Shown here in pieces: positions 9,870 through 22,521 of a stretch of DNA of 64,000 nucleotides. The position numbers and the translations under genes are program-made. The stretch's first letter is position 1, and each line of letters starts with the position of its first letter. Source of the stretch: Vitrella brassicaformis CCMP3155. Lineage: Eukaryota; Protista; Chromerida. The stretch spans positions 62,001 to 126,000 of the forward strand of contig CDMY01000510.1 of assembly GCA_001179505.1 (NCBI GenBank), written 5' to 3'. The notes beneath the pieces are model-generated. The model was not told where the DNA came from. It did no database searches and saw only the letters and a list, made by a program, of their open reading frames with translations.

Positions 9870-12130
9870 TTATCGAAACACCACATGAGAGAGCAGCCGG
9901 ATGATCTCCAAAGCAGGGTGGGTGGAAACGTCCCGCTCGCCCGCAGCCCCACCATAAGTCCATCTGCTCAGCAGTCGGTGAATGGCTGACAGCCACCGTA
10001 GGCCCTGCTCCCGCAACCATCCCATCAGCAGCAGCCATTCTGCTCTGTCTCTCTGTGTTGGTCTCCTTGCTGTATCTGCTGCAGGTGGGTCGATTTGCCA
10101 GTGGTGCAGGGCTTTCGGTGTCCATGTATGCCACATTCTGACGGGCCACGTCACTAGCTGCGGCAGCCACACGGGGAAGGGCAGCACGCGGGGCCACTGC
10201 ACCGGAAAGCTATACACACTGACCAGCACGCCATCAACAAAGAGGCGCCTAGAGAAGGTGAGCGGCGCGTAGAGGCCGCTGTTTTGTTGAGACGAGCTAA
10301 TCGGTCGAACACGCAAGACACTCGCCAATGACCATGTTGACGTCTTAGCCACATGGACGATGAGAGAATCGCCTGGCTGGACTTGCTGAGCCTCTGTTGC
10401 CCTCAGCCGCCGCCGCAGCAATACATAGACATAATGCTCGGGGGAGAGACGCAGTCTGCCGTCGTGGACATTGCTGATATTGCCGTTCTGAGTCAGATGT
10501 GATGGTGGTGAGAGCGGGCGGTAATGGATATCAATCCACGCGGGGGGCATGGCGTGAGGGGCCCTAGCGAAGACAAGGGTCTGTGTCTCTCTCGCGCAGG
10601 ATATATCCCTCCCTCCCTATTGTTGACACTGACTGACCTGTGAAGGAAAGTGACGACCTGGTCGAAGAAAGGACTGCCTGACGAGGTCATCGATAGCACC
10701 ATGTCGCCTGCACACGAAAGGTGCACCAAATGAGGAACACGCTTCACCGAGGTGTCTCTCTCTTCCATTTAGCCCCCGCACCCTCTCTTAGTTCTTCCAT
10801 TGTCTTGGCCCCTTCAGGTGTCACGACGGTGCCGTCGCGTGGAAAGCACACAGTCATCTTCTCTGCAAGTGGTAGAGTGAGACACACAGAACCAACGGGG
10901 TGAGGGGGCAACACACATCCGTGCAGGTAGGTAGGTCACGCACGTCCCGTTCCAAGTAAGCACGAGGGCTGGAATTTGAAGTCGTCTTCGTCCGGCTCGA
11001 TGTAGTAGAGAAAGGCCGACTCGACGATGCAATTTTGGGGGAACGCCGCACCCAGGACAGTGCCGGCGACGCTGCGCAGACAAAGCCGACACTAGGCATA
11101 TAGATGAGACATGCCATGGTCTGTTTGATGCCCTCTTTCAGCCGTCACTCACTCACTTTCCTTCTTTGCCCATCACGTCCTTCTTCTTCTCTTCGAATTT
11201 CTGGTCGGCTTTCATCATCTTATCCCACTTATCCCCAATCCCCCTCTCGTCCGCATACTCCCCGGCTCCGCTCTCACTCTCCGCCGACGCTCGCTGCCTC
11301 TGCAAGAGAGACACCGGTGACACGGCGGCTGAATCGGCATTCCTTGCCGCCCAGTGGTCCTGCTGTGCCAACTCGAGCAGTGGCTGCACTTCGTGGCGTG
11401 CAGGGGGTGTCGGCTGCCGCCATATAGACTGGTGGTCGTATGGATGGGGGATGGGGGGGTACAGGAGAGGCTGGCTGTCGATGGGGTACAGCACGCCAAT
11501 CACCGCAGCCTTGAGCAGGCGCTGGAAGGTGAGACATTTTCCCGCATCGCTCTCCAGAGGCAGATGCCAGAGCATCTCCTCCTCACTCGCTGACTCGACA
11601 AAGGAAGCCGTGTGCGCTCTCCCCGTATCGTTGTCATGTCTTCTCTCCTGCAATGCGGCGGTGCCGATGAATCGTCGATAGAGGGGCTGCAGCTGGGGAA
11701 AAAGGCTAGAGAGAAGAGGCAGGGGCACGCGGGTCGTCCCCTCCTCGTCTGTCTGGTCATCATCCAGCTGGCCGAACAGCGGACATCCCATCACACAGAA
11801 TGACCTCGTCGCATTGGAGGCCCTCTCGCTGCAGTCAGTGGCCGACAAACGGGACTCTTCGGTGGTCTCGTTGCGGGCGGCGCTGGTGTGTCTTTCTCTG
11901 CCGTCGGTGGTGTTGGTGCTGGTGCTGGTGCTGACTTCTGAGGCCTCCAGTCGCCCGCCGATAATTCCATCTCGTCTCCTTTGCAGCTTGTGCACGCGCA
12001 GCGGGGACGGAGCAAGAGGAGAGAGGGAAATCAAGATGCCTCTTCGCAGCGTCCTGGCGACTCGCAGGGAGGCGAGGGCACGCCCCAGACATGTGAGAAG
12101 CCATATCGCGGCCAGGGTGAAGAGGTGCAT
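9870..12130 (-). CDS. Secreted Hog-type protein: signal peptide, unknown N-terminal domain, hedgehog/intein (Hint) domain, SRR-like tail
   Basis: Five exons splice in frame: 12130-11157, 11071-10944, 10862-10782, 10707-10638, 10563-9870. Hint N-terminus CFPRDGTVVTPEGAKTMEELREG|DMVLS...VVTFLHR (Cys codon 10846-10848). Block B LRLSPEHYVYV. C-terminal GLYAPLTFSRRLFVDGVLVSVYS. Signal peptide MHLFTLAAIWLLTCLGRALA. Confidence 0.88.
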
Positions 12131-12450
12131 GTTGAACGGTTTTCACTTCACAATCTCGATTGAGGTGGCATTCGGATTTTCGACTCCACTGAGATACAGA
12201 TCTGAGGAAGGCAGCTCTCCAGCGCGAGCTTAGCCGTGGGGGCGGGAGGATCTCCTGGGGGCCGATTTGGTCGACAGCGACGCGTCCCTCCTTTTGTCTT
12301 TTCTTTTCCGCCGGACACCTGGGCGTCTCCCAGCTCTTGAGAGGACAGCTGCGAAGAGTCCTTACCGCAAAATCGCATGCGAAGGAGGTGACTTCGCGCC
12401 GGCTCCTTGTCGAAGCTGCACCAGGCTTCCACCATTGCAAATAGCCCCAG

Positions 12451-15400
12451 ATGGAGGCCCCTACCGCAGCAGAGAGAAGGTCTGACGCCCCGGATGCGTC
12501 GGACGGCAGGGCAAAGGCGCCTTCCTTTTCCTTCGTCGGCCGCCGGAAGAGCGGCCTCTTGAGCTTCTTCGTGTGCATCTGTGTGGCCCTTTTGATCGCT
12601 CCGTTGGGAACGCAAGGCGAGGACATCGACATATGGCTGAAGCCGCACAAGATATCGACGAGCCACGGCAAGTGGAGCCAGGACTTCGACCCCGACACTT
12701 ACGACTACAACATCGAGATCAGCCATCTGCATGGCACCATCACGTTCGTGATTGAGCTGGAGACCGACAAGCTCAAGGTGGGCGAGTACCCCCGCGTGCA
12801 GGTGGACGGGGGAGATGTGGACCCCTATGGTCTCATCACCGAGACCATCTTCCTCAAGATGGACAGGTAAAGGCAGAGAGGGACAGATGGGACGGGAGAG
12901 AAGTCAGTCCCCTTTCTCTTGTCCGTCGTATCGTCAGTTTGCAAACAAACACTAAGGTCGCCTTCATCAACCCCGCCACTGGCGCGGAGCTCACATACAC
13001 CTTCACGATCGACAGATCCAAGGTACGCGCACACAGACACAGGAAAGACACACTACCTGCGACAAATGTCTTGAGGTCATGTCGCTCCTTAGGCGCCTCC
13101 CCTGGTGGGCATCAGCGACGCCAAGTTCTACGACGACCAGTCCAACATGCTGTCCATCCACCCTGACATCGAATACGACATCGACAGATTCGCAGTCTAT
13201 GTCGCCGACACCACCAAACAGGGTGGGCACCGACACACAAACAGAGACACAATCCCCGGCACCATCTGCGGCACTTTCTGCGTCAGTCACGGGCAAGATT
13301 GACTGTGGCCTTGGCACGCTTCGCATCAAGGATCCCCAGGTGTCCCCTGAGTACAAGGACTGGTCCAACGGCGCCGCATACACCCTCAACAGAAACTTGA
13401 TGGCCATGAAGACCACACTCGAGGTCAGAAGCTCACATCCGGCACATCCGGCACCTCAGCTCATGTGTCCACATCTCGTGCATCCCGTCTGCACACGCAG
13501 GCCGAGTGTACCGTGACGCAGAACGGCCAGACGGCGGCGCGCCGTTTCTTCTTTGTGGTGTCAGCCGATCCGGACGCCAGCGACATCCCCAGGCCACGGA
13601 TCGCTATCGAGTCCAATGGACTCGCGTGCAACTGGGTGGGTTGGTGTAGAGGGAAGGACACACAACAAGACAGGCAGGCAGGCAGGGATGGATGGATGGA
13701 TGGCTTGATTCATGCGGGTCATCAGGATGATAAGGCCAAGGTGTTTGAGTGTCCCAATGACAAGAGCAAGCTTCGCCTGATCGCATGGAACGACCCCGCC
13801 TACCGTCTCACCCTCAAGTCTGGCAACGGGGTCAGTGAGTGAATCGATATAGACGAAAAAACATACCCTGCTCCACCCTCTTTGGCCCTTCTATGTGTGT
13901 GTCACTGCAGCAAGTCGGCGTTCGTCTGCCTGTTGGCACACCAAGCCGAGAATTCGATTCATCGCTCGGAGAGGTTGGTCAGACACACAATCAGAGTAAA
14001 GAGGCCAAGGGGAGAGAGCACACACGTGCCTGTGTGTGTTGGATACAGTTATACACCTTGAGCGTGACGGCCGGCGATACCAAGGTCGACTACAAGCTCA
14101 AATTCAGCGCGGGAGGTGCTCAGAAGAACCCGTTCGTCGCTGCTGTGGGATACACTCTCGCCGGATCCGTTGGTACGCACGTGGATATGTCTCGGTGCGT
14201 CACGGCAGCACCAGCCATCATGCCTTGTTCTTCTGTGTCTGTCTGCAGCGGCCAACGCTGTGGTGTTGACGACGGTGCTTGGAGCAGCCAACCTGCTCGG
14301 CTTCGGCGCCCCCCTGGGCGCCAGCGAGATCCTCACCAGCCTCGCATTCCTCCTGCAATTCACTGACTTCTCTGACATCTCCAAGGCAAGCGGAGAGTGA
14401 GGGACAGCGACAGAAGGAGACCGTCAATTCTCATCTGACACGCGTGCAGGGCAACACGCTGCTGAGTGCCCTGACGTACTCCACCAAGTGGGTGACGCTC
14501 TTCTGGCCCTTCCCCGACGGCGAGACCACACCCACAACCGGCCGCAGACTCTCCGCTGACCTCGAGGGCGCTGCTGGCGAGAGCGAATTTGTGGTCCTCC
14601 ACTCACTCAACCGCGCAAAGGTCACTCATTCACTCACTCATTGCTTGAATGGCCGCCACATCCCATTCCCTGTCAATCCCTAAAGACCTGTTTTCTTGTC
14701 TGCTTCTCGTCCGCCCAGGGGTGCCTGTTTGTGTGCGCTTTGCTTCTGGCGGCCTTGCTGATCATCCACTGCGTTCTGCTGCTGAAGAACCACATCCTTG
14801 ACAGGGGCCGCACCTTCCCTTACCGCTTTCGCTTCGGCAACTGGGAGAGCCGCCTGCTGTACTTCATCCTCTTCCCTTCCACTGTGGCCGCCACATACAT
14901 CATCGCTGTAAGTCTGTCTGCAGGGCACCGGAGGATTCATGAGACACTCGGCAGTATCTCTCTCTCATCGCGTTGTTGTGTCTGTTTGCTGACATGTCAG
15001 CATGAAGACAGCACCTGGTGGTGGCGTCTTGGCTGCGGTCTGATCATTCCCGCCTATTTCATCTGGGCCACCGTCTCATTCGTCATGATCTACAAACACG
15101 TACACACCACACCCTGACCTGACGCGGGCACACACACAGTGACATGCACACAGTCGTCACCCCAAGATGCATATACGCAATGATCAGGTGTTGGAGGGCA
15201 ACGTGAGGTGGCTGGTTGACCATGAGGACGAGGAGGACACCGCCGCGCACAACACCGCCCAGAACAGAAAGGCAGAGCTCGAGCTCGAGCTAGGCGGCCT
15301 GGAGCCTGACGCAAGGAGCATCAACCTCCTCAACAAGAAGAAAGGACACGTAAGCACCGACCGCTTCACCCCTTCCCGGATGTTTGCAGTCCGTTGTTGT

Positions 15401-18400
15401 CTCCTCTTGCTGTGTCAGTTCTTTGGCTGGGGCACGACGCTGTCTGAGGGTATCGGTGATGTGTCCAAGCACCTTGGCGGCCCCCTCCCCGGCTACTGGA
15501 CGGACAATGTCGTGGACCAACTCAACACGGAGCCCATGGACAGGTACATGGACAGACACACACACACATGCACAGGTAGATGTGCAGGCAATTGTGTTCT
15601 GCCCGTGCGCAGGTCGATTCTGGGCAGCTGGCTGCCGTGGAAGTGGACGAGCACCTGCGCCGACGTCTCTCCTGTGCTCATCAATCCCGACGACGGCCGG
15701 GCCCCAGCCGCCGCACCCACTGCACGTTAACCTTCTCTCTTTCTCCACGCGCATAGAAGCAGTCAGACTGATGCTCCCTGTGTCGTGTGGTGTATGCATG
15801 TGGCGCAGCGATGGGGTATACGGCTCGTGTGGTGAACGTGGTGGGTGCCCGCCACCCGGCGTACCAGTGCAACACCGCACAGATGAGGGCGAGAGGCGTG
15901 GAGCAGCTGGTCGGCAGGCACCTCGGCACCTGGCTCGAACTCATGTTCACGTGAGCATCAAGAGAGGACAGGAGACATCAGCCACCACCGGGGTGTCTTT
16001 CATTGGTGGTGTGTGGTTGGGGTGGCTCGCCAGGCCTGAGGTGCTGTGTCGTCTGCATTACGAGATTGTAGAGAACGAGTTGCGTGAGGGCGACGACCAG
16101 CCATTCGAGATACCCCTGCACGTCAGAAACGCACAGCTGCAGGTACACACACAGACCGATCGGCACGTGGAGGCACCCCACCCCCACACCCCACCCCACC
16201 ACACCCACGCGTGGCTGGCCGGATGCGTGTGTGTAGGGCCCGATGACGAGCGGCAGTCTGTGCTTCTTCTTCGACGGCGCCCGATGCCCCTACGTCCGGG
16301 TGGTCGACAGCTGGGTCAAACTCCTGTTCGGCATTCTCGTGGGCCTCGTGCTCGCATACCCCACCCTGGCCGTCACCCCAGGCGCATTCTGCACCATCGG
16401 CCTTCTCTCCATCGCAACCTTCGTCGCAATTCTTCGTGAGCACGACACACACACGGGGGAGGGGGTTTTTGGTCTGGGTGTGTGAGTCCATCCGTGTGTG
16501 GGTTTGCGTCTGCAGTGACGTCGCCGTACAGCCGTGCGCTTGAGAATTGGCTTCAATTCGGCATCTACTTCAGCATCGCTGTGTCGAGTTTCGCTTTCAT
16601 GGCGCTCTACTACCAGACCAACGAAGTCGACCCAGCCCTCTACACCATCCTCAGTGAGCGTGGAAAACGAGACACATAATCGGAGCAGGTGTGCATTGGT
16701 GTTTATTGCTTCTGTGTGTGCAGCTGTGACGATTCTGATGTGTCTGTTCCTTGGGGCCTACTCGGTGCTCCTCACCTTCATTATCTTCACTGCCGTCACA
16801 TGCCCGCCTGTCGACGAAGAGCCACGGTACCCTCCCCTCCCCCCAGCCACACACACACACGCACACACACACACACGCCCCTCCCTCCCTCCCTACTTCT
16901 CTTTCTGTGTATGTGTCAGCACATGGAGCGAGGCGAGCCACCGGGTTGAGGTCAGCATCGGAGCAGCCGACGACGGATGGCTCCTCAACATCGAGGGCTT
17001 CTCCAAGCGACCCATCAAAGAGGCTCACGTACGCACCCCACCGCACCCTCCCCGCTCTCTCTCTCTCTCACCTCTCAACACACGCACTCCTACATGGCCC
17101 GGTGTATGTATGTGTCAATCAATCGGCAGATCTGCGTGGTCAGCCGAGAGTGGGACATGGACGACTCGCCCGACGAGAACGAGCGCACCATAGCGGGCAT
17201 CACCTGCGGCAAGCCGTCGTGTTTCGGCGTGGACGGGCTTGAGCGCCCCCCACTGCCCACTGAGATACAGGTGGTGGAGAATGTGTCAGAGGACGCACTG
17301 CCCAAGCTGCAGTTCTCTGTAGACGAGTTTGTCGACGTCGCCAGCAAAGGTCCTCGAGGGTGTGGGTGGGGAAATTGGGGGGACTGAGCGTTGTATGGGT
17401 GTCTCTGTGTGTGGGGTGGATGGATGGATGGCAGGGATGGCGCGTACGCACCAGGATGTGCTACAGGGCATCGTGTCGAATCACGAGAACACACTCCCAC
17501 ACATCAGACACCTCAGTAAGGCCAACACACACACGCACCAGCCACACACACCCTCTCTGTGTCTGTGTCTGTGTCTGTGTCTGTGTGTGCAGTCGCGCAG
17601 GACATGCCAGTGCCCCTGCTGTGTCTGTATGCGCCCAACACGCTAAATGAGGACGGCGACATCACCAACCCCGAGGAGCCCAAGGCCTGCAAGAGGCCAG
17701 ACATCAAAAACACCCACTTCTACCGACACATCAACTTCTACGACCAATCGCCGTAGCAATGCAATCATCACCACGAGGGTGTGGTGTGCCTCTGTTGATC
17801 TGTGCGTGTCTTTGCTCTGCTCTTGTTTCAGCCCTGACGTTGAGAAGCTGGCATCGTGGTTTGTCCAGGATGCGTCGACTGCCGAAATGGCGCAGCAACT
17901 CGCCGTGTATGTTCACAGACAGACACAAACGTGGCCCTTTTACCAGCCTACATACACGGGCACGGGCATGTGCATGTCTGTGCATCATTCTGCTGTCCAC
18001 AGGGCGGTGATGCAGCACGTGGCCAACCGCATCCACACAGACATTGTGGTGGTCAACGTCTTTGGCATCAAGAAGATCGAACGGACACCCGAGCAGATAC
18101 AGCGAGACCGCATCCAGGAGCAGCAGGCGTAAGCCGAGCCAAGCCAAGCCAAGCCGAGACAAACACACCACACCCAGAGCAGGCCTCCATTCGTGTGTCT
18201 GTCTGTGTGTGTGTGTGCATGTGTCGATCAGTGCGCTTGAGCCTGACGAGGAGGACATTGAGGTGGTAGTTGACCAGGCCGCCCGCCCCCGGGCCATCAA
18301 GACCAAAACCAAGTACACCCTGCCCTGACCCACCCTACACATAAACAGAGAGATCGTGTAGCGTGCATCCAACCAACCTGTGTTGCGGTGTGTGTGTGTG

Positions 18401-19672
18401 TGTGTGTGTGTGTGTAGGGGCTTGTGCGGCATCGGCACGACTCGTCAGCGTCGCATCCCTACAGGTTACGGCGGACAGGAGGAGGACGAGAGCGAAGCCG
18501 AGGAGGAAGAGGATGGTATGTGTCTACACACACACACACACACACACAGACACGCACACGAGTTGTTACATGTGCGGTGGCGGTGGGTCAGATGAGCCTG
18601 ATAAGGAGGAATTGGCTGTGGCGCGTCGCATGGGTCTGCTGCCGCCCGAGCAGGCGGCCGCGGCGGCCGGAGGATACCCACTCATGCCCATCTACGCCAC
18701 ACAGGGGCCCATGCAGCAGGCTCGAAAGAAAGAAATCAAACACACACACCGGAATGATTGCAGACATATTATGGGTGCCGTGTTTCTATGTCTGACCGTG
18801 TCTGCAGGACATGTTTGGCGGCGGCCTCCCGAGCACTTACGCCACGGGCAACAACACCATGATCTTCAACAACACTCAGTCGCTAGGTACCACACACAGA
18901 CACAGACACAGACACACGCATACTCAGACACAGAAGGACGTCTCACCATGTGTGTGTGTGTGAACGTGTCCTGTGTGGTGGGTGCAGCCGGTAGTATGCC
19001 GCCTCAGATGGCTCCCTACAGCCTGGCCCAGTCGGCCCACCACCCCCAGGGACCGCCCGGCCGATTTGCAAGCGTCTTCACTCTGCCATCATACATCTGG
19101 TATCCCACCCACAACAGACGCACCCATATCCATCCATCCATTCACTCATTCTCCTGGTGTCTCAGGTCGCCCCAGAACCCGGTGCTGCAGGGCCAGACGG
19201 TGGCGCAGCCACTGCAGACACTGCAGGAGTCCGAGGAATCGCCCGCTGCTGCTGCCGCTGCTGTGCCCATCGTGCAGCCGCCGGCACCTCAGGTAAATAC
19301 ACCCACCCGCCACACCATCCACACTGGTAGAGACGTCACTCTGTGTCCATGGGGATTGATGCACTGCAGTCTATCATTGCAAGCGTCACCGCAGCTGCCG
19401 TGCAGAACTTGACTGCTGGCGAGGCCGGTGAGGGGCAGCCGGGGCTGGCCGGCGACCTGCCTGAGGACCCACTCACAGCCGCCCAGGTGCAGCAGCTGCA
19501 GCCTCAGGAGGAAGAGCCGCAGCAGCCTGCTCCAGCTGCTGCTGCCGCTGAGGAGGCCCCTGCCGCTGCTGCCGCTGCTGCTGCTGCCCCTGTTGCTACA
19601 GAGGAGGAGCAGGAGCCGGCTGGTGAGGGTCAGCCTGGCGTGGCGGGCGACCTGCCTGAGGACTCATTCTAA
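12451..19672 (+). CDS. Large multi-pass membrane protein: signal peptide, cadherin-like beta-sandwich repeats, TRP-like/FLC (PF06011-type) TM region, long Pro/Ala/Glu-rich cytosolic tail; about 30 exons
   Basis: Recessed signal FFVCICVALLIAPLGTQG. Beta-sandwich motifs FDPDTYDYNIEI and IHPDIEYDIDRFAVYV. TM-region motifs FLLQFTDF...KWVTLFWPF, GSLCFFFDG...VVDSWVKLLFGILVGL and SPYSRALENWLQFG. Exons chain via GT/GC-AG sites to a final stop at 19670-19672. Internal exon limits are approximate. Confidence 0.7.
19425..19666 (+). repeat. Duplicated coding motif GEGQPG(L/V)AGDLPED in the last exon of the large membrane protein
   Basis: ggtgaggggcagccggggctggccggcgacctgcctgaggac (~19427) recurs as ggtgagggtcagcctggcgtggcgggcgacctgcctgaggac (~19622). 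Most differences are at third codon positions, which supports coding status. Confidence 0.8.
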
Positions 19673-20219
19673 GAAGGAAGCGTACACACAGCCATATATA
19701 TTGATTCGTTTCTTGTGGTTGCCCTCCCTGCCTGGTGGTGTCTGGCTGGCTGGCGTCTGGCTGGTGCCTGAGTGTTTTTGAGAGTACGGATGCATGCGTC
19801 CATGGCTGGTGGCTGGTGGTCTGTCTGGTCTGGTTGGCTGATTGAGAGGATAGGCACAAATCGATGGATGAATGGATGGACGGACGGATGGATGGACACT
19901 GACTGACTGCCTGAGACGACAGAGCATCTTCTGAACGCTTGGAAAAGCCTGCACGGACTGGGGGTAGCAAATCCATACCATGCATCAATCCAGCATCCTC
20001 ACGCTGAGGTCACGCCATTAGACAGCCGGGATAAGCAGGGGGCCCCATCACGGGCACGACCCAGCTGGCACTCGTGCTTTGCTGCATAGCTGAATACGCA
20101 ACGGACGACAGACAAGCGCGCCACCAACCCAGTCTCTCTCTCAATCCACCGCACTATCGCAGTACCACAGGTACCAGACGGATACACCCCTCGTCCCTTC
20201 CCTCTCCTAGACATGTCTG

Positions 20220-21240
20220 TCATGGGCAATTGAGGCTGTCAGCTGTGGCCACCCCCGTGACAGCATTAGTCCCCTTGGCAATCCCGCACAGGTACTTCTG
20301 CTGATCTTTCCGCAAGAACGTCTCAGAGAAATCTGCATTCTCGATGTCGTTCTCGCCGAACGACGTGCTGCCTGTAGTATAGGCCTCAGTGACGATCGCG
20401 TCGCGAAATGAGGCTCCACGCAGATTCGCCAGCTCAAGGTTGACCAGCTTCTGTGTGATGCACAAATGCACGAACACATACAGACAGACAGCGGTTCTCC
20501 GACAAGAGAGAGCATAGGTGTGTGTGCTGTGTACCATATTGGCTCCAGTGAAGTCGGCATTAGCGAGGTCTGCGTCGAAGAACGATGCCCCCAGGAGCTT
20601 CGTCTGTGCGAAGTTGCTGTTCCTCACGACGCTTTGCTGGAACGACACACCCGACAGATCCTGCCCGCTGAAGTCACTCCCCTCCAGATTCACACCCCTG
20701 AGCACACACACACGCACCCAGGTGGACACATCAGCTATAGCCAACAGAGATGCATTCAGCCGCGTGGCGTTCCGTCCCTTTCCCTCTCCTCACCCACCTG
20801 GTGATAATGGTGGCCCGGCCCTGGTCAAGTGTCGACGCACCCCCGGCCACGACCTTAGTCTTGCCGCCTGACTGTGATGGAACGGCATCAGCCGGCAAGC
20901 CTCTCAGTGAGAACAATCCACCATTTGCATAAGAAGCAGCGGTCCGCTGAGCCGGTGCAGCATCGACACTCCGTTGCTCAGACGGCACAGCGAGACCCGG
21001 AGTGTCTATCTCCGGGGTGACGAACAAGGGAAGCAGAGAGAAGATAACGATGGGAAGAACGGACCGTTGCTGCTGCTCGTGGCGGGACCGCTGCTGATGC
21101 TGTTGCCCGTGCGAATGCAGGCGCTGCGATTGAGGCGGCTGGGGAGAGGGCAGCCGGAATGCTGTTGCGATGGATAATGAGAGATAGATCAGGAAGATCA
21201 GCACATGGGATCGTTGAGAAGCCATGTCCATTTCTGTCAC
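20220..21240 (-). CDS. Pentapeptide-repeat protein, thylakoid-lumen type, with multipartite plastid targeting
   Basis: A(D/N)LXXX repeats (NLEGSDFSGQDLSGVSFQQSVVRNSNFAQTKLLGASFFDADLANADFTGAN). C-terminus LCGIAKGTNAVTGVATADSLNCP is typical of lumenal pentapeptide proteins. The signal peptide ends SIATA-FRL (ASAF-like) and is followed by a second hydrophobic stretch VLPIVIFSLLPLFV. The start may be 21225. Confidence 0.88.
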
Positions 21241-21253
21241 ATTCGAGTCGGCG

Positions 21254-21264
21254 AGGGTTTAGGG
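21254..21264 (+). promoter_or_regulatory. Telo-box-like motif AGGGTTTAGGG upstream of RPL27
   Basis: Telomere-type repeat in the ~95-bp spacer between the divergent pentapeptide and RPL27 genes. Telo-boxes are established elements of plant ribosomal protein promoters; function here is inferred. Confidence 0.3.
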
Positions 21265-21335
21265 TCAAGCTCGCAGCCTGAAATTGCGAAACCGCTCTCT
21301 CCAAGAACTACGCTGGCGCACGCCCTCCAGCCAAA

Positions 21336-22221
21336 AGTAAGCAGATAACCCTCGAAGATCAGACAGGAAAGGCAATACAAAGACAGATCAGGACAGATCT
21401 CTCGTGGAAGACCTCTCACTGACAGAGGGAGGCCTTCGCGCGCTGTGACACACACGCACCCCACCCTGTATGCGCGGTCGCGTTTCCCTGCTTGTCTCTC
21501 TGTGTGTGTGTGTGTGTGTCCAGTGGTGAAGTTCATGAAGCCCGGCCGCATCGTGATAGTGGTCGCCGGCCGGTACGCGGGCAAGAAGGGTGTGATCCTG
21601 AAGTGCTACGACGACGGCAACAAGCCGGCGAGCCGCAACTTCGGTCACTGCCTGGTGGCGGGCATCGCCAAGAACCCCCTCAAGGTGACCACCCGGATGT
21701 CCAAGGAGAAGGTGGAGAAGCGGCTGAGGATCAAACCCTTCTTGAAGTACGTCAACTACAACCACATCATGCCCACACGGTCAGTGGCACTCAGCCACAG
21801 ATTGATTATTGACACAGGGACACAGGGAGGGAGGGAGGCAGGGGGGGAGGGAGGCAGAAAGGACAAGGGACGTCTGTCTGTGTGTGTGTGTGTGTCTGTG
21901 TGTCTGTGTGTTGTGTGATGGTGCAGGTACACGTGTCCGGCTGAGGCGTTTGGTGACGTCAAGACGCTCGAGGCGCAGGACAGGGTGGAGGCACGGAAGG
22001 CACTCAAGACCGTCATGAAGGAGAAGTAAGCACCATCAGACGCGCAGACACAGACACATAGCGAGGGAGGGAGAGAGGGCAGCTGCACATTGAGTGTCTG
22101 TTTCTGCGTATCCCTGGTTGTGTGGCTCAGGGTTGCGAAGCTGCAGGGTGCCGAGAAGGAGAAGGGCAAGATCGGCGCGGGCAAGGACTTCTCGTGGTTC
22201 AGACAAAGACTCAGATTCTAA
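21336..22221 (+). CDS. RPL27: 60S ribosomal protein L27 (eL27), 4 exons
   Basis: [32 protein letters not shown]...[45 protein letters not shown]|Y...WFRQRLRF. The start codon is inferred as A(21336)|TG(21524-25) across intron 21337-21523. Confidence 0.97.
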
Positions 22222-22521
22222 GCCGAGACAGACAGACAGCTGGATGGATGGATGGCCCACAACACAATCGAGCGAACCACCCACACCACCATCGTCTTAG
22301 CAGCTGCTGCAGGCACCGCACCGGACCCTTCTTCAGCCACCCAGCCATGTGTGTGCGGTTTTGCCTCTCTGGTGCTGTTGTTTGGCTCTCCGAGGGGCCT
22401 GCACTGCACACACGCTGGCGGGGCGGGTGGGGCGGGGGCAGGAGTCTGTGTCTGTGTGCGTGCGTGGAAGTGTGTGTGTGGGCGGAGGACTGGCGGTGAG
22501 TGGCTGTGCTGTGCTGTGTGG

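Noticed and set aside
9870-10848. Hint domain as a protein-splicing intein or mobile element
   Set aside because: There is no C-terminal His-Asn followed by Cys/Ser/Thr and no endonuclease insert. The domain has introns and is followed by an SRR-like tail, as in Hog proteins.
18326-18328. TGA after KTKTKYTLP as the end of the large membrane gene
   Set aside because: A donor AA|gtacac just upstream splices in frame to further coding exons (GLCGIG...EEEED, DEPDKEEL...) that have no start of their own. An alternative short isoform cannot be excluded.
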